From contig JAKIUC010000016.1 of assembly GCA_021647785.1 (NCBI GenBank), positions 10,915-74,914 of the forward strand: a stretch of 64,000 nt of DNA. The letters are read 5' to 3'. Source of the stretch: Melioribacteraceae bacterium. GTDB taxonomy: Bacteria > Bacteroidota > Ignavibacteria > Ignavibacteriales > Melioribacteraceae. The position numbers and the translations under genes were made by a program. The notes beneath the pieces were generated by a model, which saw nothing but the letters and a program-made list of their open reading frames with translations, had not been told where the DNA came from and made no database searches. Shown here piece after piece: positions 9,030 to 18,824 of this stretch (within the stretch, counting starts at the first letter, position 1; every line of letters begins with the position of its first letter).

Positions 9030-9749
9030 ATGATAAAAATAATTCCAGCTATTGATATTATTGACGGCAAATGTGTTCGTCTTACTAAGGGTGATTTTTC
9101 ACAGAAGAAAATCTATAATGAAAATCCTATAGAGGTTGCTAAAGAATTTGAGGAGATAGGAATTAAGTATTTGCACTTAGTCGATTTAGATGGAGCAAAA
9201 GCAAAGCAAATTATTAATTGGAAAGTTTTAGAGTTGATTGCGAATGAAACTAATCTGATAATAGATTTTGGCGGAGGTATCCGTTCAAAAGAAGATTTAC
9301 GAATTGCTTTTGAAAGTGGTGCATCAAAAATAACAGCGGGCAGCATTGCTGTAAAAGAGAAGGAAACTGTTACTGCATGGATAGATAAGTACAAAGATAA
9401 AATTATTCTAGGTGCCGATACTAAAGATGGAAAGGTCTCTATCAACGCATGGGAAGTAACAACAGATTTATCGCTGTTTGATTTCATAAGTGACTACTGG
9501 GCTTTGGGAATTAAGTCCACAATTGTTACTGATATCTCACGTGATGGTGTGTTAACTGGACCAGCATTCGATTTATACAAAAACATTAAAAGTGAAATTC
9601 CAAATATTGAATTAATTGCAAGTGGTGGAGTATCCGGAATAGATGATGTTGATAAATTGAACGAACAGAATATTGAGGGCGTAATTATTGGGAAAGCAAT
9701 TTATGAAGGTAGAATTAAATTAGATGAACTAAAGAGATTTTTATGTTAA
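9030..9749 (+). CDS. hisA: 1-(5-phosphoribosyl)-5-[(5-phosphoribosylamino)methylideneamino]imidazole-4-carboxamide isomerase
   Basis: [32 protein letters not shown] motifs. GGAGA SD. Confidence 0.92.
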   Translation: MIKIIPAIDIIDGKCVRLTKGDFSQKKIYNENPIEVAKEFEEIGIKYLHLVDLDGAKAKQIINWKVLELIANETNLIIDFGGGIRSKEDLRIAFESGASKITAGSIAVKEKETVTAWIDKYKDKIILGADTKDGKVSINAWEVTTDLSLFDFISDYWALGIKSTIVTDISRDGVLTGPAFDLYKNIKSEIPNIELIASGGVSGIDDVDKLNEQNIEGVIIGKAIYEGRIKLDELKRFLC

Positions 9750-10498
9750 CAAAAAGAATAATTCCGTGTCTTGATATTAAGGATGGCAAAACGGTTAAAG
9801 GTATAAACTTTATAGATTTACGAGATGCCGGAGACCCAGTAGAATTAGGGGTAAAGTATGCAGAACTTGGTGCAGACGAACTAGTATTCCTTGATATTAC
9901 AGCAACTATTGAGAGGCGAAAAACTCTTGTGGAGTTAGTTAAACGAATTGCACTAAATATAAATATTCCCTTTACTGTTGGGGGTGGTATTAAAGAAGTG
10001 GATGGTGTGAACGAACTACTTGATTCTGGTGCAGACAAGATTACTGTTAACTCTTCTGCAGTAAACAATCCAAATTTAATTGATAAAATTGCAAACCGAT
10101 TTGGTAGTCAGTGTGTTGTGTTATCAGTGGATACAAAAAATGTTGATGGTATTCAGAAAATATTTACAGATGGTGGAAGAACTGAAACCGATTGGGAATT
10201 GCTCCCTTGGGTAACAGAAGCCGTAGAGCGTGGAGTAGGTGAAATACTTTTAACATCAATGGATCACGATGGAACAAAAAATGGATTTGCTCTTGAAATT
10301 ACAAAACAACTTTCAGAATTACTCCCGGTTCCAGTAGTGGCTTCTGGCGGTGCAGGAACTATGGAGCATTTTGTGGATGTATTCAAAAATGGAAAAGCTG
10401 ACGCTGCTCTCGCTGCAAGTATATTTCACTTTGGTGAAATTGAAATTTTAGAATTAAAAAAATATTTAAATAATAAAAATATTCCGGTGAGATTATGA
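9743..10498 (+). CDS. hisF: imidazole glycerol phosphate synthase cyclase subunit
   Basis: [36 protein letters not shown] motifs. 7-nt overlap with hisA. Confidence 0.93.
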   Translation: MLTKRIIPCLDIKDGKTVKGINFIDLRDAGDPVELGVKYAELGADELVFLDITATIERRKTLVELVKRIALNINIPFTVGGGIKEVDGVNELLDSGADKITVNSSAVNNPNLIDKIANRFGSQCVVLSVDTKNVDGIQKIFTDGGRTETDWELLPWVTEAVERGVGEILLTSMDHDGTKNGFALEITKQLSELLPVPVVASGGAGTMEHFVDVFKNGKADAALAASIFHFGEIEILELKKYLNNKNIPVRL

Positions 10499-11091
10499 CT
10501 GTAGATTTTAAAAAAGGGAATGGATTGGTTCCTACAATAGTACAGCACTATAAAACAAACACCGTGCTAATGCTCGGTTATATGAATGAAGAAGCATTAC
10601 AGAAAACCAAAGAATTGGGAAAGGCAACTTTTTTTAGTCGGTCAAAAAATAGACTTTGGACAAAGGGAGAAACCTCTGGAAATTTCTTGATTGTAAAAGA
10701 GATATTAATCGATTGCGACCAGGATACAATTCTAATAAAGGCTAACTCTATTGGTCCAACGTGCCATACGGGAGCGGAGACTTGCTTCAACGAAATTGTG
10801 AAAACGAATGATGATTTTTTATATCAACTTGAAGAAATAATTTTGGAGAGAAAAAATAATCCAACAGATAAATCATACACAGCTTCTCTTTTCAAAAAAG
10901 GAATAAATACAATTGCACAAAAAGTTGGCGAGGAAGCAACCGAAGTTGTTATTGAGGCAATGGATAATAATAGAGAGCTATTAAAAGAGGAAACTTCCGA
11001 TTTGCTCTATCACTTGTTGGTACTTCTTGCAGAGAAACAAATTTCGTTAAGTGAAATTAGTGATGTGCTAAGAAAGAGACATTCAAAATAG
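10495..11091 (+). CDS. hisI: bifunctional phosphoribosyl-AMP cyclohydrolase / phosphoribosyl-ATP pyrophosphatase
   Basis: [26 protein letters not shown]...CHTG (HisI) followed by YTASLFKKG...[10 protein letters not shown]...[13 protein letters not shown] (HisE). ATGA overlap with hisF. Confidence 0.92.
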   Translation: MTVDFKKGNGLVPTIVQHYKTNTVLMLGYMNEEALQKTKELGKATFFSRSKNRLWTKGETSGNFLIVKEILIDCDQDTILIKANSIGPTCHTGAETCFNEIVKTNDDFLYQLEEIILERKNNPTDKSYTASLFKKGINTIAQKVGEEATEVVIEAMDNNRELLKEETSDLLYHLLVLLAEKQISLSEISDVLRKRHSK

Positions 11092-11160
11092 TAACAATTC
11101 CTAATTTGATATTTGGCACAGATTAGTATAAAATATTTGTTTGATTAAAATCACAAACCA

Positions 11161-11593
11161 GGCTGTATTTTATTTTCTCTGTAGGACTCACTCGGAGATG
11201 TGCTGGAATTTCTTTCAACAAATGAAAATTAGAGTCTTAACCTTGAAGGTGGGCTGTAATAAATACTTAGTTTTGTATTTTTATTCTACGTTCCAAAATT
11301 GAATTAAATTTGTATAGTGTCATCCCTCTGGGACTTTCTTTTAATTACTTTTATGGGTTGTTACCATAATGTCGCTCCTTTCGTTCTTCGCTCAAAAAGC
11401 GAGCTTCGCCGAACAAGATGGAGCTAATATTTCTTTTAGTGCCAGAGGCACGAAATTATGGTAAATATTTATTACACCCCACCTTCAAGGTTTTTTATAG
11501 ATACATTAAGTACATAATTCAACTTCTTTAGTAACCTATCATGATACATTAAACATCTCCAAATGAGTCCTACGGACAAAATAAAATTTAGCC
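11161..11593. repeat. about 430 bp nested imperfect palindrome (MITE/REP-like element, full copy)
   Basis: Outer arms 11161-11201 vs 11553-11593 (about 35/41 complementary). Second tier 11239-11265 AACCTTGAAGGTGGGCTGTAATAAATA vs 11466-11492 (26/27). Further tiers 11359-11370 vs 11455-11464, and a central GC-rich hairpin at 11371-11427. Partial copies elsewhere in the window. Confidence 0.7.
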
Positions 11594-11664
11594 ACAAATC
11601 AGTTTGATTTCTCTTAGAATCATTTTATCTTTTTAGATTGTTTAATCTAATTAATGAGGATAGA

Positions 11665-13542
11665 ATGCAGCGTATTATTTTTCTGATTTTACTTTTAAGT
11701 ACAGCAAATATTTTTTCACAAAACTCCAATTTATTTATTCCACTTGATGTTATTGAAGCTTACGAAAATGGGACACGCACTTACGATGGAACTGTAAGCA
11801 GCAGTTATTGGATAAACCACACAGATTATAAAATTGATGTTGAGTTCTTTCCCGACAGCAATTACATAGTTGGTTCTGCTAAAATCATTTACTTTAACGA
11901 AAGCCCCGATTCACTTTCAAAAATTGTTCTTCGTCTCTATCAAAACATTGTTAAACCTGGGGTTGCAAAGGATTGGAACATCTCTGCTAAGCTTCTCGGA
12001 GATGGAATGAAAATTAAATCCTTAATAGTTAGAGGTGATAGTGTAAAGGTTAACTCGGAACATGCTAAGATTGGTGGTACAAATATGAGTATCAGATTAG
12101 ATAAAAAACTTTCGCCAAATGATAAAATTGACCTTGAAATAGAATGGAGTTTTGAGCTTCCAAAATTTCCTTTGAGAATGGGAAATTATAATGGCGATTT
12201 TTTTATTGCATATTGGTACCCGCAAGTTGCTGTTTATGATGATGTGTATGGCTGGGATATGCTTCAATATTCTGGAGTTGTTGAGTGTTATAATGACTTC
12301 AATAATTATGATATTAATTATACAGTTCCTGCAGATTATGTTCTTTGGTCAACAGGAGAATTACAAAATGGTGAAAATGTATTTAGTAATGAAATTCTTG
12401 AAAGACTTCAAAGGGCTAAAAACTCTGACGAGACTGTAAATATTATTACAGTTGATGATTACGAAAAAAATAATGTAACATTAAAAACAGCAAGTGGAAA
12501 AAACACTTGGAGTTTTAGAGCAAGCAAAGTTCCCGATATAGCTTGGGCAGTAAGCAATAATTATAATTGGGATGCTTCCAGTATTGAGGTTGAGCCCGGA
12601 AGACGGGTGTTAACAGCAGCAATTTATCCCGATAGCATTAAGCAATATAAAAATGCGGCTCTCTATGCACGTGAATCTATTAAATATATGTCCGAAGTTT
12701 CTCCTGGTGTTCCTTATCCTTGGTCGCATACAACAGCATTTACAAATAAGGGAAAACGTGGCGGAATGGAATTTCCGATGATGCAGAATAATAGTGCACC
12801 TAAAAAAATTAGTAGAAATCTTGGATTAATATTTCACGAAATAGTTCACAACTATTTTCCATTTTATATGGGAACAAACGAGAGACGTGAAGCATGGATG
12901 GATGAAGGCTGGGCTGCATACTTTCCACAAAAGATTGTAGAAAAATATGATTCTACAAGTAGGTATGGAGAGTATAGGGTTTCGAGTTACGAAAAAATGG
13001 CTGGAAAAACTAAAGATGTACCAATGATATTACCCAGCTATATGATGACTCATGGCGAATCGAGAACCAATTTTTACAATCGTCCAGCAGTTGCGTACAT
13101 GGAACTTCGTCAATTATTAGGTGATGAATTATTTAATAAAGCTCTGCGTGAATATATGAACCGCTGGCATGAGAAGCATCCAATAGGATATGATTTTTTC
13201 TTCACATTTAATGATGTTGCTGGTGAAGATTTATCATGGTTTTGGAAACCTTGGTTTTTCGATTTAGGATATCCAGATTTAGCTATCGAAAATGTTGAGG
13301 TTAAAAATAGTGTCGCAACTATTTTATTATCTAAGGTTGGTAATATTCCTACAAGAATTGAACTTACTGTTTTGTTTGATGATGGCGAATCAGAAGTTAT
13401 TCAAAAATCTGCATCCCTTTGGAAGGAGAGTAACGAGGCTGAGATTAAACTCAAGTCGGATAAAAAAATTAAGTCGGTAAAATTAGGTAGTCCACTAATT
13501 CCTGATGTAAATAAAGATAATAATTTATTTGAGATGAAATAA
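11665..13542 (+). CDS. secreted M1-like (gluzincin) metallopeptidase
   Basis: HEIVHNYF...(18 residues)...E in WMDEGWAAYF gives HExxH-X18-E. Signal-peptide-like MQRIIFLILLLSTANIFSQ. GAGGA SD before ATG 11665 (ORF-track TTG 11638 less likely). Confidence 0.75.
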   Translation: MQRIIFLILLLSTANIFSQNSNLFIPLDVIEAYENGTRTYDGTVSSSYWINHTDYKIDVEFFPDSNYIVGSAKIIYFNESPDSLSKIVLRLYQNIVKPGVAKDWNISAKLLGDGMKIKSLIVRGDSVKVNSEHAKIGGTNMSIRLDKKLSPNDKIDLEIEWSFELPKFPLRMGNYNGDFFIAYWYPQVAVYDDVYGWDMLQYSGVVECYNDFNNYDINYTVPADYVLWSTGELQNGENVFSNEILERLQRAKNSDETVNIITVDDYEKNNVTLKTASGKNTWSFRASKVPDIAWAVSNNYNWDASSIEVEPGRRVLTAAIYPDSIKQYKNAALYARESIKYMSEVSPGVPYPWSHTTAFTNKGKRGGMEFPMMQNNSAPKKISRNLGLIFHEIVHNYFPFYMGTNERREAWMDEGWAAYFPQKIVEKYDSTSRYGEYRVSSYEKMAGKTKDVPMILPSYMMTHGESRTNFYNRPAVAYMELRQLLGDELFNKALREYMNRWHEKHPIGYDFFFTFNDVAGEDLSWFWKPWFFDLGYPDLAIENVEVKNSVATILLSKVGNIPTRIELTVLFDDGESEVIQKSASLWKESNEAEIKLKSDKKIKSVKLGSPLIPDVNKDNNLFEMK

Positions 13543-13545
13543 TGT

Positions 13546-13582
13546 AAAAAACCCTACATCAAATTATTGACGTAGGGTTTTT
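13546..13582. terminator. bidirectional intrinsic terminator between convergent genes
   Basis: AAAAAACCCTAC...GTAGGGTTTTT: GC-containing stem flanked by an A-run and a T-run. Confidence 0.7.
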
Positions 13583-13602
13583 ACTAATCAACTTCATAAA
13601 TT

Positions 13603-14082
13603 TTATTTTAAACTATATGCATCTGTTAAATGTTTAATATAAACAGCTGGTCCACCTGCTTTGTATCCAGTTTGTAATATTATCTTTGCGTCTTTATCAA
13701 GCAAGAAGAGAGTAGGGAACCCCCTTACACCATATTTGTTCATTAACGAGCGGTTGTACTTTTTAACTGCGTCAGTTTGAGTATCTGGGCGTGGAAAATC
13801 TAACTTGACCAAAACAATATTATCTTTTGCCCAATCAACAAACTCTTTTGTGAGCAAAACTTCATTCTCCAATTTTATACACCAACCACACCAATTTGAA
13901 CCAGTAAACTGTAATAGAATTGGTTTGCTTTCTTTTTGTGCAACTTCGATAGCTTTTTCAAGATTTATATGCCAAACTAATCCGTTAACATCGTGATTAT
14001 CTGCTTGGGCATTTGTTTCGTTATTATTTGCACATCCAAAACTGATGAAAACAGCAATTAATAATATTGATATATTTTTCAC
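13603..14082 (-). CDS. thioredoxin-fold lipoprotein (WCGWC active site)
   Basis: SNWCGWC CxxC motif. Lipobox-like LIAVFISFGC. AAGGAG SD before the GTG start. Confidence 0.75.
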   Translation of the reverse strand: MKNISILLIAVFISFGCANNNETNAQADNHDVNGLVWHINLEKAIEVAQKESKPILLQFTGSNWCGWCIKLENEVLLTKEFVDWAKDNIVLVKLDFPRPDTQTDAVKKYNRSLMNKYGVRGFPTLFLLDKDAKIILQTGYKAGGPAVYIKHLTDAYSLK

Positions 14083-14127
14083 AGTAAGCTCCTTTGCTTT
14101 TTATTTTTTATTATTTGTCTTAAATTT

Positions 14128-14186
14128 AGGGGGTAGAATAGACATGTATCCCGCTTTGCGGTACATGTTTTTATTCCACCCCCCTT
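14128..14186. repeat. long GC-capped hairpin GGGGGTAGAATAGACATGTATCCCGC / GCGGTACATGTTTTTATTCCACCCCCC
   Basis: Imperfect inverted repeat read directly. REP-like. Confidence 0.5.
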
Positions 14187-14280
14187 AGTAACCAATATAA
14201 ATGGTTGTTACTATAAAATTATGTCGGTTGGTTTACAATAATGAATTTAATATGTTCCGTCTTTTTATATACACAACACA

Positions 14281-14309
14281 AAATGTCTGTGAGAGTCTCA
14301 CAGACATTT
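14281..14309. repeat. perfect 13-bp stem / 3-nt loop hairpin AAATGTCTGTGAG-AGT-CTCACAGACATTT
   Basis: Exact reverse complement checked by hand. Downstream of the minus-strand BI-1 gene, so it could act as its terminator. Confidence 0.6.
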
Positions 14310-14423
14310 CATTGTCGGTATAATTGTTGAAATTGAGAAAGTAAGTTTTCAAATTCAAAAAAAAGGTTTGATAAATCCTAAATTAGAACTGTAATTTCTA
14401 ATTCACAATTAATAATTAAATCT

Positions 14424-15113
14424 CTACTTTCTATCGCCAAGAATTCTTAAGAGCATTAAAAATAGCATAATGAAATCGAGATATAAAGTTAAAGCTCCCA
14501 TAATTGCTGCTTTCTGAGTTTCTTGAACTCCTTCAACTGCGGCACCAATTTTTTTAATTTTTTGAGTGTCGTATGCAGTTAATCCTACAAAGATAAGTAC
14601 TCCAGCGTATGAGATAATCCAATACATTGTGCTGTTTGCCCAAAATATGTTAATCACAGATGCAATAATTAATCCAATTAAAGCCATTTGTAAATAGCTT
14701 CCCATAGTTGTTAAATCGCGCTTGGTAAAATATCCGTAGGCACTCATTGCACCAAAAGTAAGTGCGGTAGTCATAAATGTGGAGGCTACAGAAGCCCCAG
14801 TATATATGAGGAAGATAAGGGAAAGAGTAATTCCATTTAGTGCCGAATAAATTATGAATGTAGTAGTTGCAGCCTCGGCACTCATTTTTTGTATGCGGGA
14901 TGAAAGATAAATAACCAAACCAAGCTCGGCTATAATTATTCCCCAAAAGAGAATCGAATTTGAAGCCAGGGTATAAACAAACCCTGAACTAACAACAAAA
15001 TAAGCTGTAAGTGCTGTGATTAAAAGTCCAAGCCCCATCCATCTATATACTTTACTAATAAAAGTTCTCTCTTCAACTTCTGCTACTGAAAGGTTCATTA
15101 CTTCTTGATTCAT
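14424..15113 (-). CDS. Bax inhibitor-1 / YccA family membrane protein
   Basis: 229 aa, 7 hydrophobic segments. FISKVYRWMGLGLLITA and YDTQKIK ... LYLDFIMLFLMLLRILG family hallmarks. Confidence 0.85.
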   Translation of the reverse strand: MNQEVMNLSVAEVEERTFISKVYRWMGLGLLITALTAYFVVSSGFVYTLASNSILFWGIIIAELGLVIYLSSRIQKMSAEAATTTFIIYSALNGITLSLIFLIYTGASVASTFMTTALTFGAMSAYGYFTKRDLTTMGSYLQMALIGLIIASVINIFWANSTMYWIISYAGVLIFVGLTAYDTQKIKKIGAAVEGVQETQKAAIMGALTLYLDFIMLFLMLLRILGDRK

Positions 15114-15162
15114 ATTTTCTCCAATAAATTTTGTAATAGTTATTTTAAAATAGTTTTTCTTT

Positions 15163-15365
15163 TAACCTTGTCCGCAGGACTCCTTTAGAGAAGGTCATTA
15201 GCCAATAATGTTTTTAAGGCACATTAAATTATTTGAACAATCAATTATTATTGATCCTAAATTTAAATTAAATTCTACATAATCACAATTTTACAGTTAC
15301 AGTTGACCTTTAAGGTGGGGTGTAATAAATACGCATAATATTGTTTTTAACTTCGTTCCACTTAA
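15163..15365. repeat. half copy (left arm only) of the 11161-11593 element
   Basis: 15172-15194 CCGCAGGACTCCTTTAGAGAAGG resembles 11178-11200. 15305-15332 GACCTTTAAGGTGGGGTGTAATAAATAC matches 11238-11266 at about 25/27, and similarity continues about 30 nt further. No matching right arm found. Confidence 0.55.
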
Positions 15366-15805
15366 GTTTTTGCCTTAAAGTTTCATACATCATCAAGTTT
15401 TCACTCTATTAGTAAAATGATTGTAACAATGTGCCTAATAACAGAATTAAACCTATGGCGGTAAACAAGTAGCGGAGTTGGTTAACAAAAAAAATGGAAG
15501 CCTGAGTTTATGAACAGACTTTTGATGCCTCGCAATACTCGAGCGGTGTTTACACATACATGTTATCTGTTAATAGAAATAGATTTGTTAAAAAATGACT
15601 TTAAATAATATTATTTAACAACATGGAAGGTTAAAAGCAGGCCAAGGTAAAGGCTAAGACGAAGAAAAAGAATATTGCGTCTTAGCTTCTCTGTGGTAAA
15701 AATTCTTCCCAAAGTTAGAATATCATCGAACTAATCATTCTCTTCTCAATTGTTTTACAAAGAGATGTTGTGATGTAAAACACAAAAAACCTATATCTTT
15801 AAAGT

Positions 15806-15842
15806 TTTTTATGGAATTTCACTATTCTTTGCATCTTCTATA
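15806..15842 (+). promoter_or_regulatory. conserved promoter-like box TTTTTATGGAATTTCAC-N8-GCATCT..TATA (copy 1)
   Basis: 17-mer identical to 18741-18757, same N8 spacing to GCATCT. About 60-90 nt upstream of the ATG at 15900. Confidence 0.4.
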
Positions 15843-15899
15843 CAATAAGATATTTACCAAAAGAAATTTTTTTAAACAACAAATATTTAAGAGGAAATT

Positions 15900-17306
15900 A
15901 TGCGAAACTTTTTATTTTTTTTGTTTTTTCTTTCTTTTACATTTACACAATTATTAGCACAATTCGATTGGGCAATGGTTAATGGCGGACCAACATTAAG
16001 TTCCTACGTAGAAGCAGAAACAGAATTAAAACCGCCATTTAAAGTTGATAGGAATATACCTATTGCCGGTGCGGCATATCTTTTGTTAGTGGATGACCTT
16101 CTGATTATTGGTAAAAACGGCACACCAAATTCTGTTATTGCTGTAAATTGGAGTACCGGAAGTGAACTATGGTCATTTGAAATTCCAAACACTGCTGGTG
16201 CAATTGGGTGTGTACCTGCCGTAACCGATAGCTTAGTTTTAGTTGGCGGACAAAAGGGAGCCGGATTGTATGCCCTAAACAAAAATGATGGAGTAGAAGT
16301 TTGGCATAAACCGATAGGTGCATTATATGTTAAAAATCCGGTTGTAAGTGACGGAAAAGTTTACATAATACAAGACTCTCTCTATTGTTTCAATTTAACT
16401 GATGGAACAACACTTTGGACGTATCCTGTTTTTGGGCAAAGAACCCCCGCAGTAGATGAAAGCAATGTTTATGTTACTGGTGCTGGAGGGGTAGTTCTGG
16501 ATAAACTTACAGGTCAGAAAAAATATGATTTGCTTTCAAATGATATGAATTGTGTTATTGATGACCAAAATGTATATATAAATAGAGGAATAAATATTAC
16601 TGCTATTAACAAGAAGGATGGCACCCCAGTGTGGGAAACTCCTCGTTTAGGAGGTGACCTACCTTTTATTAACGGAGGTGCTTTAACAATTTCTGATAAA
16701 TACATCTGTTATGTTATCTGGAAAAACATTGACGAAAAAGGAGAAATTTATGTACATAACAAATCTGATGGTACTTATGTATGGAATTACACTTTTTCAG
16801 ATGAAGGAGTTTTTACACCACGTATAGCAAATGGAATCGTATATGTTTTGAATTGGAAACCAGGAGATTTGTGGGGGTTTAATTTAACGGATGGAAGTGT
16901 GGTATTGCATGATTCAACTCTTAAATATGAAGATCACCCAATTATTGCTGACCATTCATTAATTATTAATACTGACGATGAAATAGTAGTATTTAAGTCT
17001 GAAATAACAGATGTGAAGAAAGGGAGTAAACCATCATTACCTGCATTATTTGAATTGGGTAATAACTATCCTAATCCCTTTAATCCATTAACTATAATTA
17101 GTTATACTATTCATGAAACAGGGTTTGTATCATTAAAAACATATGATTTAACTGGACAGGAGATTACCACTTTAGTAAATGAAGAAAAATCTGCAGGAGA
17201 ATATCAATTGGAATTTAATGGAGTCGGTTTGTCTTCCGGCACATATTTTTATAAACTCCAATTTGGTGATTTTACCCAAACTAAAAAAATGATTCTTATG
17301 CGATAG
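15900..17306 (+). CDS. secreted PQQ-like beta-propeller repeat protein with T9SS C-terminal sorting domain
   Basis: Signal peptide. Repeated G..(L/V)W..(P/ ) blades (GSELWSF, GVEVWHK, GTTLWTY, GTPVWET, GTYVWNY). C-terminal NNYPNPFNPLTIISYTI...GTYFYKLQFGDFTQTKKMILMR typical of T9SS type-A tails. Confidence 0.75.
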   Translation: MRNFLFFLFFLSFTFTQLLAQFDWAMVNGGPTLSSYVEAETELKPPFKVDRNIPIAGAAYLLLVDDLLIIGKNGTPNSVIAVNWSTGSELWSFEIPNTAGAIGCVPAVTDSLVLVGGQKGAGLYALNKNDGVEVWHKPIGALYVKNPVVSDGKVYIIQDSLYCFNLTDGTTLWTYPVFGQRTPAVDESNVYVTGAGGVVLDKLTGQKKYDLLSNDMNCVIDDQNVYINRGINITAINKKDGTPVWETPRLGGDLPFINGGALTISDKYICYVIWKNIDEKGEIYVHNKSDGTYVWNYTFSDEGVFTPRIANGIVYVLNWKPGDLWGFNLTDGSVVLHDSTLKYEDHPIIADHSLIINTDDEIVVFKSEITDVKKGSKPSLPALFELGNNYPNPFNPLTIISYTIHETGFVSLKTYDLTGQEITTLVNEEKSAGEYQLEFNGVGLSSGTYFYKLQFGDFTQTKKMILMR

Positions 17307-17387
17307 GTAACTGATAAAAAGGAAAATGATTGCCAACAGACTTTTTTAGTAAAACAAAAATTTTTACAACATAGGAGATAAACCATT

Positions 17388-18626
17388 ATGAGAAAAACTA
17401 TTTCACTTTTTCTATTTGCATCACTATTTTTTTTATTTAATCAAATTACAGCTCAGTGGGTTAAAACAAGTTACATCCCGCAAGGATCTGTTGAATCAAT
17501 TGCTGTTAATGGTACTACGGTGCTTGTTGGTTCTCAATCCGGTGGAATTTATAGATTTACTGATAATGGGGCAACATGGGCAGAAGCCAACAATGGTCTT
17601 CCCTCTAATACACTTGATGTTTCTGCTCTTGTAAACGAGGGGTCAAATTTTTATGCAGGTATAAAATATTATGGCGTTTATATATCTACTGATAATGGAA
17701 GTAGTTGGAGCGAAGCGGTTAATGGTCTTCCTAATTCTCCATACGTTACTTCTATCGCAGTTAGTGGCAATAAATTATTTCTTGGAACACTCGAAGGTTT
17801 ATATTATTCGCCTGATAAAGGAGCTAACTGGAGCATTACAGATACCAGTTTAACTGATACAGATGTGAGGTCATTAGGAATTGTTGGTCAAGATATATTT
17901 GCTGGAACTTATACTGACAATTTATATAAAAGCCCGCTCAATAACATAAACTGGACACTTAGTAATAATGGTTTTCCAGCCTATACCCGTGCTGTGAGAA
18001 CTGTTGTTGGTCATTCAAATAAAATTTTTGCCGCCACCAATATGGGCACTTACTCTTCCGACAATGGTAGTTCCAGTTGGACAGCTTCAAATACCGGAAT
18101 GGGAAATAGTATAGTTAGTTCATTAGTTGTTAACGAAAATAATATATTTGCAGCTATCGGATCCGGTGATGGTGGTGTAATGGAATCAACAGATAATGGT
18201 TCAAGCTGGACATTTATTAATGATGGTTTCCCTCAATATCCTTATACTGTGGTATTGGCAGCTAATTCAACAACTATTTTTGCTGGCGGACCTGGAGGCA
18301 ACTCTATTTGGTCACGTACTTTACAAGTAACCGAAGTTGAAGATGAAAACATTGGAGTTCCTTTGAAATATTCCATTTCGCAAAACTATCCAAATCCTTT
18401 TAATCCGGCTACAACCATTAACTATACTTTAAGGGAAAGCGGCATAGTAAAAATTAAGATATATGATATACTTGCTAAAGAAATAAGAACACTCGTAAAT
18501 AAAGAACAATCATCAGGCAGTTATCAAATAAATTTTGATGCAAGTAATCTTTCAAGTGGTGTCTATTTATATGAATTGTCAGTTAATGATTTTCATTCAA
18601 TTAAAAAAATGAATATAATCAAGTAG
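17388..18626 (+). CDS. secreted BNR/Asp-box (Ycf48/sialidase-like) beta-propeller protein with T9SS C-terminal domain
   Basis: Repeated TDNG(A/S)(T/S)W Asp-boxes. C-terminal QNYPNPFNPATTINYTL...GVYLYELSVNDFHSIKKMNIIK. Confidence 0.75.
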   Translation: MRKTISLFLFASLFFLFNQITAQWVKTSYIPQGSVESIAVNGTTVLVGSQSGGIYRFTDNGATWAEANNGLPSNTLDVSALVNEGSNFYAGIKYYGVYISTDNGSSWSEAVNGLPNSPYVTSIAVSGNKLFLGTLEGLYYSPDKGANWSITDTSLTDTDVRSLGIVGQDIFAGTYTDNLYKSPLNNINWTLSNNGFPAYTRAVRTVVGHSNKIFAATNMGTYSSDNGSSSWTASNTGMGNSIVSSLVVNENNIFAAIGSGDGGVMESTDNGSSWTFINDGFPQYPYTVVLAANSTTIFAGGPGGNSIWSRTLQVTEVEDENIGVPLKYSISQNYPNPFNPATTINYTLRESGIVKIKIYDILAKEIRTLVNKEQSSGSYQINFDASNLSSGVYLYELSVNDFHSIKKMNIIK

Positions 18627-18740
18627 AAAAAAAATCAAAGAGAAGATGTCATCCAATTAAGGGGGTGATATTTTCTCAACCATTGTGATTTACCTCACAC
18701 AATCATCCAATCATCCAATTTTTTACAATTAGTTAGATTC

Positions 18741-18776
18741 TTTTTATGGAATTTCACCTCTTCCTGCATCTATAAG
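18741..18776 (+). promoter_or_regulatory. conserved promoter-like box (copy 2)
   Basis: TTTTTATGGAATTTCAC-CTCTTCCT-GCATCTATAAG, about 50 nt upstream of ATG 18825. The downstream leader also resembles copy 1 (AAACAA..ATTATTTAA). Confidence 0.4.
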
Positions 18777-18824
18777 TTATGAAACAGAAAAACAAATTAT
18801 TTAACAATAGGTCTGGGGTCTTTC

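Noticed and set aside
11115-11140. Similarity between GGCACAGATTAGTATAAAATATTTG (11115) and GACAATAGACTAGTATAAAATTATTTC (47853) as a shared promoter
   Set aside because: Only an 11-mer is identical. In 64 kb of AT-rich DNA, matches of that length are expected by chance many times, and the flanking similarity is too weak to claim.
15806-15842. Reading the TGGAAT...TTGCAT box as a sigma-54 (-24/-12) promoter
   Set aside because: GG and GC are separated by 16 nt in both copies, not the about 10 nt required for TGGCAC-N5-TTGC.
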